A stretch of DNA of 53,687 nucleotides from a virus (Duplodnaviria > Caudoviricetes), in IMG/VR virus record IMGVR_UViG_3300036827_000021, positions 1-53,687 of that record; one strand, written 5' to 3'. Made by a program: the position numbers and the translations under genes. This document shows, in pieces, positions 26,365 through 34,696 of this stretch (position 1 is the first letter of the stretch; each line of letters opens with the position of its first letter). Below the pieces are notes generated by a model, which had not been told where the DNA came from, ran no database searches, and was given only the letters and a program-made list of their open reading frames with translations.

Positions 26365-26793
26365 CTAGCTAGCATTCGGGCTATTTCGGTCTGCCTCCAA
26401 AACGGCGTCGGGGTAATCCGATGGTGGCTTGGGGTTGTATGGCTCCGTGAGGTCAGGTAAGAGACCACGCTCCTTCGCTACGACCAGCCAGTCTTGCAAC
26501 TGGTCTGGGTCAAGCTCAGCGGCGCTCTCAATGTCAAAGACCATCAGGAACTGTTCATATTCCTCTACAGCCTGTTGGGCCTTGACCATTTGGTCCTTCA
26601 GCCTGCGGGCTATCTGGTCGCGGTTCTTCTCTTGGTACCTGCCCTTAGTATAGTCCGCGTGGCACTCCTTACACCAGGAGGTAATACCTATGGTAGTGTC
26701 GGCACTGGTGAATTTACCCTTGTGTTTGTACTTCTCACACCTAGGGCACATGTATCGACCGAAGCGATCTGGCTCTCGTGGTTTTCTCCCCAT
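26365..26793 (-). CDS. Zinc-finger protein (CxxC...CxxC), probably leaderless
   Basis: CPRCEKYK..GKF......SWCKEC; the ATG lies 6 nt after a TATAAT box. Confidence 0.7.
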   Translation of the reverse strand: MGRKPREPDRFGRYMCPRCEKYKHKGKFTSADTTIGITSWCKECHADYTKGRYQEKNRDQIARRLKDQMVKAQQAVEEYEQFLMVFDIESAAELDPDQLQDWLVVAKERGLLPDLTEPYNPKPPSDYPDAVLEADRNSPNAS

Positions 26794-26799
26794 ACTTCA

Positions 26800-26829
26800 A
26801 TTATACCCCTGGACCTCCAGGTAAATCAA
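26800..26829 (-). promoter_or_regulatory. Sigma-A-like promoter for the zinc-finger gene
   Basis: TTGATT-N18 (contains GAGGTC)-TATAAT-TGAAGT-ATG. Confidence 0.7.
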
Positions 26830-26903
26830 GAGGACTACTCAGAGTTTTCCGCTAAGGATAACAGTAACGGAAACGGATAGATGTGCAGAATTTCTAGGCT
26901 TAT

Positions 26904-27251
26904 ATTGAGGCATATTGTATACAAGGTAAATTCCTATGAGTCTATCGTGGACTCCAATGTCTCCACTGACCTAGGGATCGTAGACAACAACGAGAGCAAC
27001 TATTACCATATATACAATATACCTCAATATCTATATACATAAAACCTCAATTCAGGTGTCCAGTACCTTGACCACTATGTACTCGAGATACCTCAGATAG
27101 AGGACATTGAGGCTGTTTGAGCGTGAACCCTGATTGTATAACATAGCGGTATTGAGACATTGAGGCTTAGTTATACATTACGGTATTGAGACGTTGAGCA
27201 CATTGAGCACATGGTATACATGTTATACAGAGGTTTGGTATACAAGGTAAA
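26904..27251. repeat. AT-rich array of ATTGAG/CTCAAT repeats with flanking 14-bp direct repeats
   Basis: ATTGAG at 26904, 27106, 27151, 27159, 27185 and 27202; CTCAAT at 27023 and 27046; GTATACAAGGTAAA at 26917 and 27238. Confidence 0.8.
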
Positions 27252-27285
27252 CAAACTGACATCTATTCGACCCCAAAAGTACCAC

Positions 27286-27316
27286 TTGAAATGACCGCCT
27301 GAGGGCACTGTATAAT
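27286..27316 (+). promoter_or_regulatory. Early sigma-A-like promoter
   Basis: ACCAC-TTGAAA-N19 (GAGGGC)-TATAAT. Confidence 0.7.
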
Positions 27317-27377
27317 AAAGCATGCGGATAAAAATAAGTACCGGCACGGTACAACCGCTACAGAAAGGTGCACCACA

Positions 27378-27692
27378 ATGACACACGCAGCACCGAAGAT
27401 CAACCACAACTGGCCAACCCTGAAGTTCAACAAGAGGGGAACGTTCGACCTCAAGAACCTCACCGTCGAGGATCTCCGCACGGTGCTGTACGCACTCTCG
27501 GAACACCGCAAGTTGTACGAACGCGATCTCAACGACACAGAGCGCAACCGCAACAACGTGGTTGAAGAAGCGGCGTTCCTCCACACGGAAGCGGGGAACG
27601 TGGCGCGGTTGCACTACAGTCTCTTCCTCGACCACGACCCCAACACGCGTGCATCGCTGATGGAGATCCTCGGTACCGACCTCGACATCTGA
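27378..27692 (+). CDS. Hypothetical early protein
   Basis: SD AGAAAGGTG, downstream of the promoter. Confidence 0.7.
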   Translation: MTHAAPKINHNWPTLKFNKRGTFDLKNLTVEDLRTVLYALSEHRKLYERDLNDTERNRNNVVEEAAFLHTEAGNVARLHYSLFLDHDPNTRASLMEILGTDLDI

Positions 27693-27788
27693 CAGCAATG
27701 GGTTGTACATCGACATCGACAACAACGTCAATATCGATGTACTTCCCGATGTTGTCAACCCGACAACACAAACCCGAAGGAGCCCATC

Positions 27789-28148
27789 ATGGGTGACGTA
27801 CAGCTCGACATCGACTACACACTGAAGTACAACCTTCAGGTGCGCGATGTCACGTTCGACAAGGACTACCTCGCAGGGCTGAACGAGGAGGCTCTACGCC
27901 CGTTGGACGAAGTCGAGGTGTTCCGCAACAACGGGTGGGACACGGTAGCGATGGTGCAGATCGCAACCCTGCTGGACTCCACCATCGACGCCGACCGCTG
28001 GTACCCGATGGAGATGGGCCTCTTCGTCGACGGCAGCGAGCCCGTGGTACTCACCCCGAAGGAGATGTTCAGCACCTACGGCGAGGACGTGAAGGTCGTG
28101 GGCACGTTCGACGCACTGATCAGCTACTACGGCATCAACGCAGACTAA
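27789..28148 (+). CDS. Hypothetical acidic early protein
   Basis: SD GAAGGAG, GC3-rich codons. Confidence 0.7.
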   Translation: MGDVQLDIDYTLKYNLQVRDVTFDKDYLAGLNEEALRPLDEVEVFRNNGWDTVAMVQIATLLDSTIDADRWYPMEMGLFVDGSEPVVLTPKEMFSTYGEDVKVVGTFDALISYYGINAD

Positions 28149-28164
28149 CCCAAAGGAGAATGAA

Positions 28165-28374
28165 ATGTCGTACCAGCGCGAAATGTCAAGTGGAGCAAAG
28201 TTCATCGTGTCAATGACTGCAATCCTTGCAGTCGCCGCAGTGTTGATCATCATGGCGCTCTCGATCAGCAAGGGCGTCCACGAGAACAACGTCAAGACGC
28301 GGTTGAAGGCCGCAGCGTGCCTACGTGTCGGTGGGGCTCTCATCGACGGTAACTGCATCTACACGTCCAACTAG
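28165..28374 (+). CDS. Small membrane protein
   Basis: SD AAAGGAG, one TM helix. Confidence 0.65.
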   Translation: MSYQREMSSGAKFIVSMTAILAVAAVLIIMALSISKGVHENNVKTRLKAAACLRVGGALIDGNCIYTSN

Positions 28375-28457
28375 GAGGCAACATGCTCGCCTTGGTTGCA
28401 CTCATCGCACTACTCCTCACGTGTATCATCGTGGGTGACTAACAGAAGGGAAACCCA

Positions 28458-28673
28458 ATGGCAACGAACTGGGCAGTGCACCAGCTGATCTTTGCGCTGG
28501 TGGAAAAGACCGCACTCACACGCAGTGCAATCCGAGCGGTAGTGGCGGAGGGCAAGGCACAATCGGAGAAGGAACTCAAGGAGTTCGTACGTGATGGCCA
28601 TCGCAACCTCGAGGCGGCCGCGCGAGAAGACATCGACGCGTACGACGAGATCCTCCACGAACTGAACCGCTAA
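28458..28673 (+). CDS. Hypothetical protein
   Basis: AACAGAAGGG leader. Confidence 0.65.
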   Translation: MATNWAVHQLIFALVEKTALTRSAIRAVVAEGKAQSEKELKEFVRDGHRNLEAAAREDIDAYDEILHELNR

Positions 28674-28781
28674 CGTTCTACCGCTTAGGCCGTACTCAAC
28701 CCCGCTGAGTACGTGCCTTGGTGGCAGAGTGCCACAGTCGGTTAGCTCGCAAGGCGCCGACGACCCGGAAAGGGGCCTCTC

Positions 28782-29198
28782 ATGGAGGTTTCCACCGCGT
28801 GCCAGCTGGTCAACGACCTCGTCTTCTTCCCTGAGGTGAAGTTGTCCGCTGACGACCACACCAATCGGTTCGAGGGCTCGATCAAGGTGCGGATCGACTA
28901 CTGGGCGATCAACACCAACAAGGACAAGGCGCCTCACTACAACGAGTGGATCGAGACGTACGCCACGTTCGCGGTCGTTGTGCACGACTGCAACGACGCA
29001 CTCAGCCTCTACCGCAAGATCCTCAACGCCTGGGGAATGATCCAGGCACACGAGGCGCGCGAGGCGTTGCGCGTTCGTTCCACGTTGTGGGCACCCTTCC
29101 ACCCCCACCGCATCGACGGCATGAAGGCGTGGAACGCGACCGCAGACACCTGCGACGACACCTCGCTGTTCGGCGACTTGCAGTTCGGGTTGGCGTGA
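28782..29198 (+). CDS. Hypothetical protein
   Basis: SD AAAGGGG, coherent codon usage. Confidence 0.65.
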   Translation: MEVSTACQLVNDLVFFPEVKLSADDHTNRFEGSIKVRIDYWAINTNKDKAPHYNEWIETYATFAVVVHDCNDALSLYRKILNAWGMIQAHEAREALRVRSTLWAPFHPHRIDGMKAWNATADTCDDTSLFGDLQFGLA

Positions 29199-29203
29199 TC
29201 GCG

Positions 29204-29347
29204 ATGCGTACCCGAGCAGGCAAGTTCAACATCTGGCTGGGCATCATCTTCACGCTGGTGATGGCACTCGCTGTCTTCACCAGCCACAACGTCCAGCACA
29301 TGAACACCAACCAGAAGGTGGTGAGCACACAGTATGGGCATCAGTGA
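29204..29347 (+). CDS. Small membrane protein
   Basis: MRTRAGKFNIWLGIIFTLVMALAVF..., one TM helix. Confidence 0.5.
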   Translation: MRTRAGKFNIWLGIIFTLVMALAVFTSHNVQHMNTNQKVVSTQYGHQ

Positions 29348-29612
29348 CGAGTTCGTTGACAAGTTCGCTGACAACCTTGTCTTGACGACATCGACTGTCG
29401 GCGCCACATCGGTTGCGGACACTATCGTGCAGGGTGCCTCGAAAGAGCTCCTCACGGCAGTGTTTGTAACGGTAGCCATTGGCGTACGGATCCTCATCGA
29501 ACGTCGGTGGCACTACCACAAGCTCCGCAAGTGCCGCCAGTTGCTGGCGCGGAGGAGAGCAGCAAGGCTCAACAACCCCGGCCGCAAGGCCAAGACACGC
29601 TTGGAGGCGTGA
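29334..29612 (+). CDS. Membrane protein with basic C-terminus
   Basis: Hydrophobic segment followed by an Arg-rich tail; overlaps the previous stop. Confidence 0.5.
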   Translation: MGISDEFVDKFADNLVLTTSTVGATSVADTIVQGASKELLTAVFVTVAIGVRILIERRWHYHKLRKCRQLLARRRAARLNNPGRKAKTRLEA

Positions 29613-29614
29613 CA

Positions 29615-29872
29615 ATGGAGACCACGACCAACATCGAGACCATCGACCTCGACACACCGCCTGGAGGCATACGCCCAGGTAATCTGATCAGGGGCGTACT
29701 CGAAGGGCTGAACATCGAGCCCGTGACGTACGACGTGACACCCTTCTTCGGGAACGCGACGTACGAGTTCAACATCGACCACGACAAGTGGGTCAGTGAC
29801 TACCAACCCACGATCAAGCAACGTATCACGACGCTCTACAACAGCGGCGTGGTACGTTACGGGAGCTGGTAG
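29615..29872 (+). CDS. Hypothetical protein
   Basis: SD GGAGG; METTTNIETIDLDTPPGGIRPG...RYGSW. Confidence 0.65.
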   Translation: METTTNIETIDLDTPPGGIRPGNLIRGVLEGLNIEPVTYDVTPFFGNATYEFNIDHDKWVSDYQPTIKQRITTLYNSGVVRYGSW

Positions 29873-29978
29873 TCATGTGGATCATCAGCCTCATCATCCA
29901 GACCCTACACGGCACCAAGCACAGCCGTGCAGACTTCGACAAGCAGGTGGCCAAAGAGTGGCCGCCAGTAAGGAGAGC

Positions 29979-30461
29979 ATGATGACTAGCAAGTACGCAG
30001 TTGAGGTGCTATCCACAGAAGACTCGTGGTGGTCATCTACCGCGGACTTCGAGATTGTCCAGAAGGGCATCACGTTCAACGGCGAACTGGAAGCTCAGGG
30101 CTACGGCGCAGGAAAGTTCGGTATGAACTTCCTGTTCGACGATGGCATCAACGCCGGGCTCTTCGCTGACTGGACACGCATGGAATACTACCCAATGGTG
30201 ACGACATCAATGAGCTACATCCCCGACACCAACGAGGTCAAAGAGCACATGTCGTACCTCGCGAACGACATCCTCGAGGACAACACCGAGCTCCTGTCAA
30301 GGAGCCAGGGAGTACTGAACAGTATCTGGGAGCAGTTCGGTGAGCTAGTCGACGACGAGATCTTCTCAGGCCTCGACGACAAGGACACTAACAGCGACGA
30401 GAAACAGGATCTGCTGTTCAAGCTCCTGCTGGCAGATCACGGTTACATCTCGTTCCGATAA
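29979..30461 (+). CDS. Hypothetical acidic protein
   Basis: SD AAGGAG before MMTSKYAVEV. Confidence 0.65.
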   Translation: MMTSKYAVEVLSTEDSWWSSTADFEIVQKGITFNGELEAQGYGAGKFGMNFLFDDGINAGLFADWTRMEYYPMVTTSMSYIPDTNEVKEHMSYLANDILEDNTELLSRSQGVLNSIWEQFGELVDDEIFSGLDDKDTNSDEKQDLLFKLLLADHGYISFR

Positions 30462-30525
30462 CCCACGGGCGTGTGGTCTTTGCGAACCAGGAGGGGGCGG
30501 CGATTGTCGTACCTGGAAAATGAAG

Positions 30526-30555
30526 TTGCGTTCCATCTCGAGGTCATGTTATAAT
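30526..30555 (+). promoter_or_regulatory. Sigma-A-like promoter
   Basis: TTGCGT-TCCATCTC-GAGGTC-ATGT-TATAAT. Confidence 0.7.
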
Positions 30556-30590
30556 AGTAACATAGCCTCAATACTCACAAAGGATCAACC

Positions 30591-30806
30591 ATGATTGTAC
30601 GTGGCGTTATCAACCATGAGGTCAACAAGTCTCATGTCGTTGCAACAAACGTCCCTCCGACTGCCGAAGGCTACCAGGCCATCGACGATCTGCGGGAGTA
30701 CTACGGGTGGACAGGTATCCGCATCTTCGGCGGACCGAAGCCACGCGCAACCCAACGCACACAACCCACACAGCGTACGCACACACGTACGCGGAAGGAG
30801 CACTAA
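30591..30806 (+). CDS. Hypothetical protein
   Basis: SD AAAGGA after the promoter. Confidence 0.55.
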   Translation: MIVRGVINHEVNKSHVVATNVPPTAEGYQAIDDLREYYGWTGIRIFGGPKPRATQRTQPTQRTHTRTRKEH

Positions 30807-31148
30807 ATGCCAACCACAGTCAGGCCTGCACCACCGAAGGCCAAGGCGCCAGCGTACCTCATCGAGTCGGTGGCTGCCCTTGCTGGTGAACTGCAACCGA
30901 ACGACTACTTCTTCGAAGAGGCTGACTTCAAACAGCCCTTCGTCGACGGGGTGATCGTTCTGACAGAGTCACTGGCACCCGGACGCAACGGGCGAACGCG
31001 TGTACCTGCGCGTGTCGAAGGTGTGATCAGCCTTGCACCTCCAACCTGCCCAGGCAGCGTGCACCTTCGTACCTCACGGGGTGAATGGTGCATCTCGGCA
31101 GTACAGCCTGTTGCATTCGTGCGCAGGTATGCAGGCGAGCAGGCGTAG
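30807..31148 (+). CDS. Hypothetical protein
   Basis: SD GAAGGAG. Confidence 0.6.
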   Translation: MPTTVRPAPPKAKAPAYLIESVAALAGELQPNDYFFEEADFKQPFVDGVIVLTESLAPGRNGRTRVPARVEGVISLAPPTCPGSVHLRTSRGEWCISAVQPVAFVRRYAGEQA

Positions 31149-31149
31149 T

Positions 31150-31671
31150 ATGCCTTTGCCTTACGACTACGAGTACAACTACTACCCACCGTTGGAGTGG
31201 AAAGCGCTCTACAACACCGACATCGACCACGAGTTCAAGGTCTACCCAGCTACAGTGTCCACTGTAGCTCGCTACCTGCGGGAAACACCTACAGGTAGCG
31301 TATCAGATGAAGCCATCGAAAGACAGGAACAGGACATGACAAGTACACGTGAACGGCAGTTGATAGGCACCATCACTGCAGCTCAGACGGAACTCGACCG
31401 ACTTGCGTCGAGGCCCGTAGAGCCGTTGCTCGAAGGTGGTGAGCCAGTAGTGTTGCTCGCCTCCAAGAGGTTCAAGGGCAACGCTATCGACTACACCTAC
31501 GCGCTGGTGGGCATCAGGAACACCAGCCTCACACACAGGTGGTACCTCACTGGCATGAACGCCGGCGGACACTACACCTGGAACGACATGCTGGACTTCC
31601 TCGACACGAACGCTGAGTCGTGGGAGATCTGGCGTGCTACCGAGTACGAGGCCATCGGTAGCAGCGTCTGA
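31150..31671 (+). CDS. Hypothetical protein (alternative start 31337)
   Basis: Open frame with RFKG...YTYA...WYLTG......TWNDML motif. Confidence 0.6.
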   Translation: MPLPYDYEYNYYPPLEWKALYNTDIDHEFKVYPATVSTVARYLRETPTGSVSDEAIERQEQDMTSTRERQLIGTITAAQTELDRLASRPVEPLLEGGEPVVLLASKRFKGNAIDYTYALVGIRNTSLTHRWYLTGMNAGGHYTWNDMLDFLDTNAESWEIWRATEYEAIGSSV

Positions 31672-31680
31672 CGAAAAGCG

Positions 31681-31722
31681 ACCACTTGCAAAGGGCATCG
31701 AGGTCGCTATATAATTGAATTA
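31681..31722 (+). promoter_or_regulatory. Sigma-A-like promoter, twin copy 1 (40/42 identical to 33577-33618)
   Basis: ACCACTTGCAAAGGGCATCGAGGTCGCTATATAATTGAATTA. Confidence 0.85.
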
Positions 31723-31808
31723 TGCAACAAAGCTTCGCAACAGAGGGGGGTGATCTAAATGTCGGATCGCAAGTAATGATCCGTATCAAACAGACTCACT
31801 CACTGGTA

Positions 31809-31880
31809 GACCTGATCGGATGTGCTTCTATCCCGGCTCCCGATGCCGGAGCACACGAGGTTCGACTCCTCGTCAGGTCA
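31809..31880 (+). ncRNA. Non-canonical tRNA-like RNA 1 (nominal anticodon CCG)
   Basis: Acceptor GACCTGA/TCAGGTC plus A; T-arm CGAGG-TTCGACT-CCTCG; stem CCGGC/GCCGG with 7-nt loop TCCCGAT. Lacks U33 and the D-loop GG. Confidence 0.65.
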
Positions 31881-31944
31881 CGGGGCAGAGTGCCCTAGCA
31901 CGCAACGCGCGTTGCGTGCACAACTACACAGAGAGGATGTCTGC

Positions 31945-32307
31945 ATGGACATCAAACTCGGTGACTCCGACAAGGTCGTAGTCGAGTACTACGGCCTCAT
32001 GAGTGCTCCAGAGGGAACACCAGGGTCGGAGATCGTGCCCGAAAAGGACGCGCCTGAAGAGAGCGTCCGTCAGTCCAAGGTTCGAGTCGCTGTCATCGAC
32101 AATCAGGACCAGGATTACTACTGTGTCCTGTGGCAGTACATCGAAGGCAACGGTGAGGACATCTGGCACCTGATGTTCCGCGATGACAAGCTCCACAAGG
32201 TGATGAGCTACTGGGAGTCGTTCATCACCGACCTCATTACGGACTACGGACACGGTAACGTGTACCACGATGGTGTCTACCGCACCATCTGGGGAAGTGA
32301 GGAGTAA
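31945..32307 (+). CDS. Hypothetical acidic protein
   Basis: SD GAGAGGA before MDIKLGDS. Confidence 0.65.
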   Translation: MDIKLGDSDKVVVEYYGLMSAPEGTPGSEIVPEKDAPEESVRQSKVRVAVIDNQDQDYYCVLWQYIEGNGEDIWHLMFRDDKLHKVMSYWESFITDLITDYGHGNVYHDGVYRTIWGSEE

Positions 32308-32651
32308 TGACCGAAACACGCAAACCCCGTAAGGCGACGCTAGTACCTGTGCTCGAGTACTTGCAGGAGCACGCCAATCAGCCTGTGTTCGTCAGCGAGC
32401 TGGTAGAGAACCTCGGATTGACGTCGAAGAACGCTGTGCAGACAGCAGTCGCCAGCGCCATCAAGCAGGACACTGCAGGAGCAACCGCTCACCTACAGAT
32501 CCTGATACCCGGCAACCAGTGGCGATGGAACTCGTCACCGGCACTCGACAAGTCGACCAACGTGTTGTACGAGCAGCTCGCAGTTACTAAGGCGGGCAAG
32601 ATCATCGTGCAAGACGAGGACGGCGAGCTGTACCAGCTAGTCGAACTGTAG
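32307..32651 (+). CDS. Winged-helix DNA-binding protein
   Basis: VLEYLQEHANQPVFVSELVENLGLTSKNAVQTAVA...PGNQWRW. Confidence 0.6.
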   Translation: MTETRKPRKATLVPVLEYLQEHANQPVFVSELVENLGLTSKNAVQTAVASAIKQDTAGATAHLQILIPGNQWRWNSSPALDKSTNVLYEQLAVTKAGKIIVQDEDGELYQLVEL

Positions 32652-32722
32652 TACCCAGCCCCAGGGAGTTTCATCGCTCTCTGGGGCGCGCAGTAAGTGT
32701 AACAACTGCACAGGAAGGGAGC

Positions 32723-33142
32723 ATGGGTAATAGGCGAAAACTACCTCGTGCAAACTTGAGGAAGGCGCTCGCGAAGTGGCAAAAGGGTCACCTGAGGACT
32801 GTTATCGAGGGTGATGCTCATGTCGAAGAGTTCCTTGCTGCAAGTGCCAAACGAAGACAACGGATGCATGACATCGTCAATGGAGGGGAGGAAGCAGTTG
32901 CCCAACGCTACCAAGAGATCCGTGAAGCCACGGCAGCCATCGTTGAAGATGCCCGCCGTCGTAGTGCGGATCAGCAAGCACTCGTGGACCGCCGTATGTA
33001 CGGCCTCGAACAAGACCTGTCAGAAGTTCGTGGCGAGTCACAGGACGCACAACGGAGCACACCACAGCAAGGCAGTACACAACCGCCTGAGCCACCCTCG
33101 CACAACCAATTTGACACAGGAGAGTGGGTGAATCCACAATGA
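32723..33142 (+). CDS. Hypothetical protein
   Basis: SD GGAAGGGAG; follows a hairpin at about 32659-32687. Confidence 0.55.
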   Translation: MGNRRKLPRANLRKALAKWQKGHLRTVIEGDAHVEEFLAASAKRRQRMHDIVNGGEEAVAQRYQEIREATAAIVEDARRRSADQQALVDRRMYGLEQDLSEVRGESQDAQRSTPQQGSTQPPEPPSHNQFDTGEWVNPQ

Positions 33143-33384
33143 CACAACCCAGCAAAGAGAGCCAACAGATGATGTTGATGCTCGATGGTCAGAGCACCGA
33201 AGATGCTCTGGAACGCATCGACTCGTTGTTCACTACACTGCGTAGCGACATTCATGCAGACGTGCACAACCCTGATCTTGTTCCCTCACAGCAGTACGGG
33301 AACCTCATGGCCATCCTCGATGCAGTCGTGACAAGCATGCAGTACCTCGTGCAGCAGATCAGAGACGACACCGCCGATGGTTGA
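33139..33384 (+). CDS. Hypothetical helical protein
   Basis: ATGA overlap with the previous gene. Confidence 0.55.
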   Translation: MTQPSKESQQMMLMLDGQSTEDALERIDSLFTTLRSDIHADVHNPDLVPSQQYGNLMAILDAVVTSMQYLVQQIRDDTADG

Positions 33385-33550
33385 GAACATAGCCATCTTC
33401 GTACGCATTCGGATCGAGGGAGCCCTAGGCCCTTGGAGGTTCGAAGGCTTCTACGACAATAGTGGCAAACTAGACCTGGAGGAGATCAAGGCTGACGTTG
33501 AACGTGAGAACGGACCAAACACGTACTTCGAAGTCAGACTTCCCCAGTAG
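33377..33550 (+). CDS. Small hypothetical protein (57 aa, not in the ORF track)
   Basis: MVENIAIFVRIRIEG...YFEVRLPQ*; fills the gap before the promoter. Confidence 0.45.
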   Translation: MVENIAIFVRIRIEGALGPWRFEGFYDNSGKLDLEEIKADVERENGPNTYFEVRLPQ

Positions 33551-33576
33551 GGAAAAACGTGTCTCTCGCTAAAGAT

Positions 33577-33618
33577 ACCACTTGCAAAGGGCAGCGAGGT
33601 CACTATATAATTGAATTA
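33577..33618 (+). promoter_or_regulatory. Sigma-A-like promoter, twin copy 2
   Basis: ACCACTTGCAAAGGGCAGCGAGGTCACTATATAATTGAATTA. Confidence 0.85.
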
Positions 33619-33729
33619 GTACGCAAACAAACTGCGTGCTAGACAAGTACAGGTAACAAATCGCAGATCGAGTGCAGAGGGCACTCGGCGATCAAGGGGC
33701 CACTGCATGAGTGGTAGAAGGAGTACGAA

Positions 33730-34287
33730 ATGTCTCGAGGAGACCGCAATTCCAGCACCGTCACCGAAGAGTCCGAAGTCGAGACCCCCGAGGTCACCGA
33801 CGACGGTACGGAGACGCCGGCTGCGGAAGGCGACAGCACCGAGAAGGCAGCGAAGGCTGCCAAGGAGCCGGCACGAGGAGACCTCGACGCGGGGCTCGTG
33901 ACTCCGGTTCAGCTCGCTCGTGAGCTGTCGAAGCCGATCGACGGGAACGCGGAGAACACGGATCCGTCGAACTTCCGCTACACCAGCTCGAAGACCGGCT
34001 CGCACGTCGTGCCTCCGCAGATGGTGTACAGCTACATCAACAACGCCGGCGAGAAGAACCCGTACCCGGGCAAGACGGTGACGGACTCGCTCGGCAAGGA
34101 GCGTGCCAACGTCGTGACCACCGCTGAGGGCCTTGCCTGGTGGGACGCGAAGAACGCTCGCGTTGCTGCCAGCAAGCAGGCCAAGGCAGAGAAGGAAGCC
34201 GCGAAGGCTGCCAAGGCTGCCAAGGCTGCCAGTGGTGAGTCGAGCACTGGTGAGTCGACCGAGGGTGCGGTCGAAGAGGCCGAGTAA
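33730..34287 (+). CDS. Putative abundant nucleoid-like DNA-binding protein (PPQMxY family)
   Basis: Strong SD GAAGGAG; TPVQLARELSK...VPPQMVYSYI core with acidic termini and AAKAAK repeats. Confidence 0.7.
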   Translation: MSRGDRNSSTVTEESEVETPEVTDDGTETPAAEGDSTEKAAKAAKEPARGDLDAGLVTPVQLARELSKPIDGNAENTDPSNFRYTSSKTGSHVVPPQMVYSYINNAGEKNPYPGKTVTDSLGKERANVVTTAEGLAWWDAKNARVAASKQAKAEKEAAKAAKAAKAASGESSTGESTEGAVEEAE

Positions 34288-34384
34288 CACCCCAAGACGC
34301 CGACTGGTAGATGTCGCAAGGGTGAACTACACGATAAGGTAACCTTTGCGGGAGAGTCGCGGGCCTGGCTACAACAGCGACGGA

Positions 34385-34470
34385 GTGCGTGCGTCCGAAG
34401 GACGAAGGTGGTAACTCGGCATTGGCTAGCAGTGTCGGGTGAAGCGCAGGTTCAAATCCTGTCACGCACA
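34385..34470 (+). ncRNA. Non-canonical tRNA-like RNA 2
   Basis: Acceptor GTGCGTG/CACGCAC plus A; T-arm GCAGG-TTCAAAT-CCTGT; CGTCC-GAA-GGACG hairpin; unpaired TGGTA; 11-bp stem with GCTAG loop. Confidence 0.65.
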
Positions 34471-34473
34471 CTC

Positions 34474-34610
34474 GGCGCCGAGGTTTCCCTTCTGTTTCCT
34501 CGGCGCCCCTAAAGGTAGTGGCAGAGGTAAGTGTGCAGCGCGTCGGACCGAGGACCTGGCGCAGCGCCACATGCGCGGCAGGGGTTGGTCGCGTAACCTC
34601 TGCCACTGCC
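34474..34610 (+). ncRNA. Structured non-coding region (10-bp hairpin and 15-bp closing stem)
   Basis: GGCGCCGAGG/CCTCGGCGCC; GGTAGTGGCAGAGGT (34514-34528) pairs with ACCTCTGCCACTGCC (34596-34610). Confidence 0.5.
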
Positions 34611-34644
34611 CTATCTTTGGACTTTTACATCTCGGAAGGACGGG

Positions 34645-34674
34645 TTGCGAAGCCAATATGTAACCCTATATAAT
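34645..34674 (+). promoter_or_regulatory. Sigma-A-like promoter
   Basis: TTGCGA-N18-TATAAT followed by SD AAGGAGAGG. Confidence 0.7.
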
Positions 34675-34696
34675 AGAACATAAGGAGAGGAGATTG

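Noticed and set aside
26904-27251. CRISPR or mini-CRISPR array
   Set aside because: The repeats are 6-14 bp, irregularly spaced and in both orientations. The Cas4-like gene is a stand-alone phage exonuclease.
34200-34260. Tandem GCCAAGGCT and GGTGAGTCGA repeats
   Set aside because: They simply encode the AAK and GESS/T low-complexity tail of the protein.
34414-34440. Amber-suppressor tRNA, suggested by CTA in the GCTAG loop
   Set aside because: The stem is 11 bp with a 5-nt loop rather than a 5-bp/7-nt anticodon arm, and TAG is used as a normal stop in many genes.
34288-34610. tmRNA
   Set aside because: The acceptor halves are only ~86 nt apart, there is no G3-U70 alanine identity pair, and no tag ORF was found.
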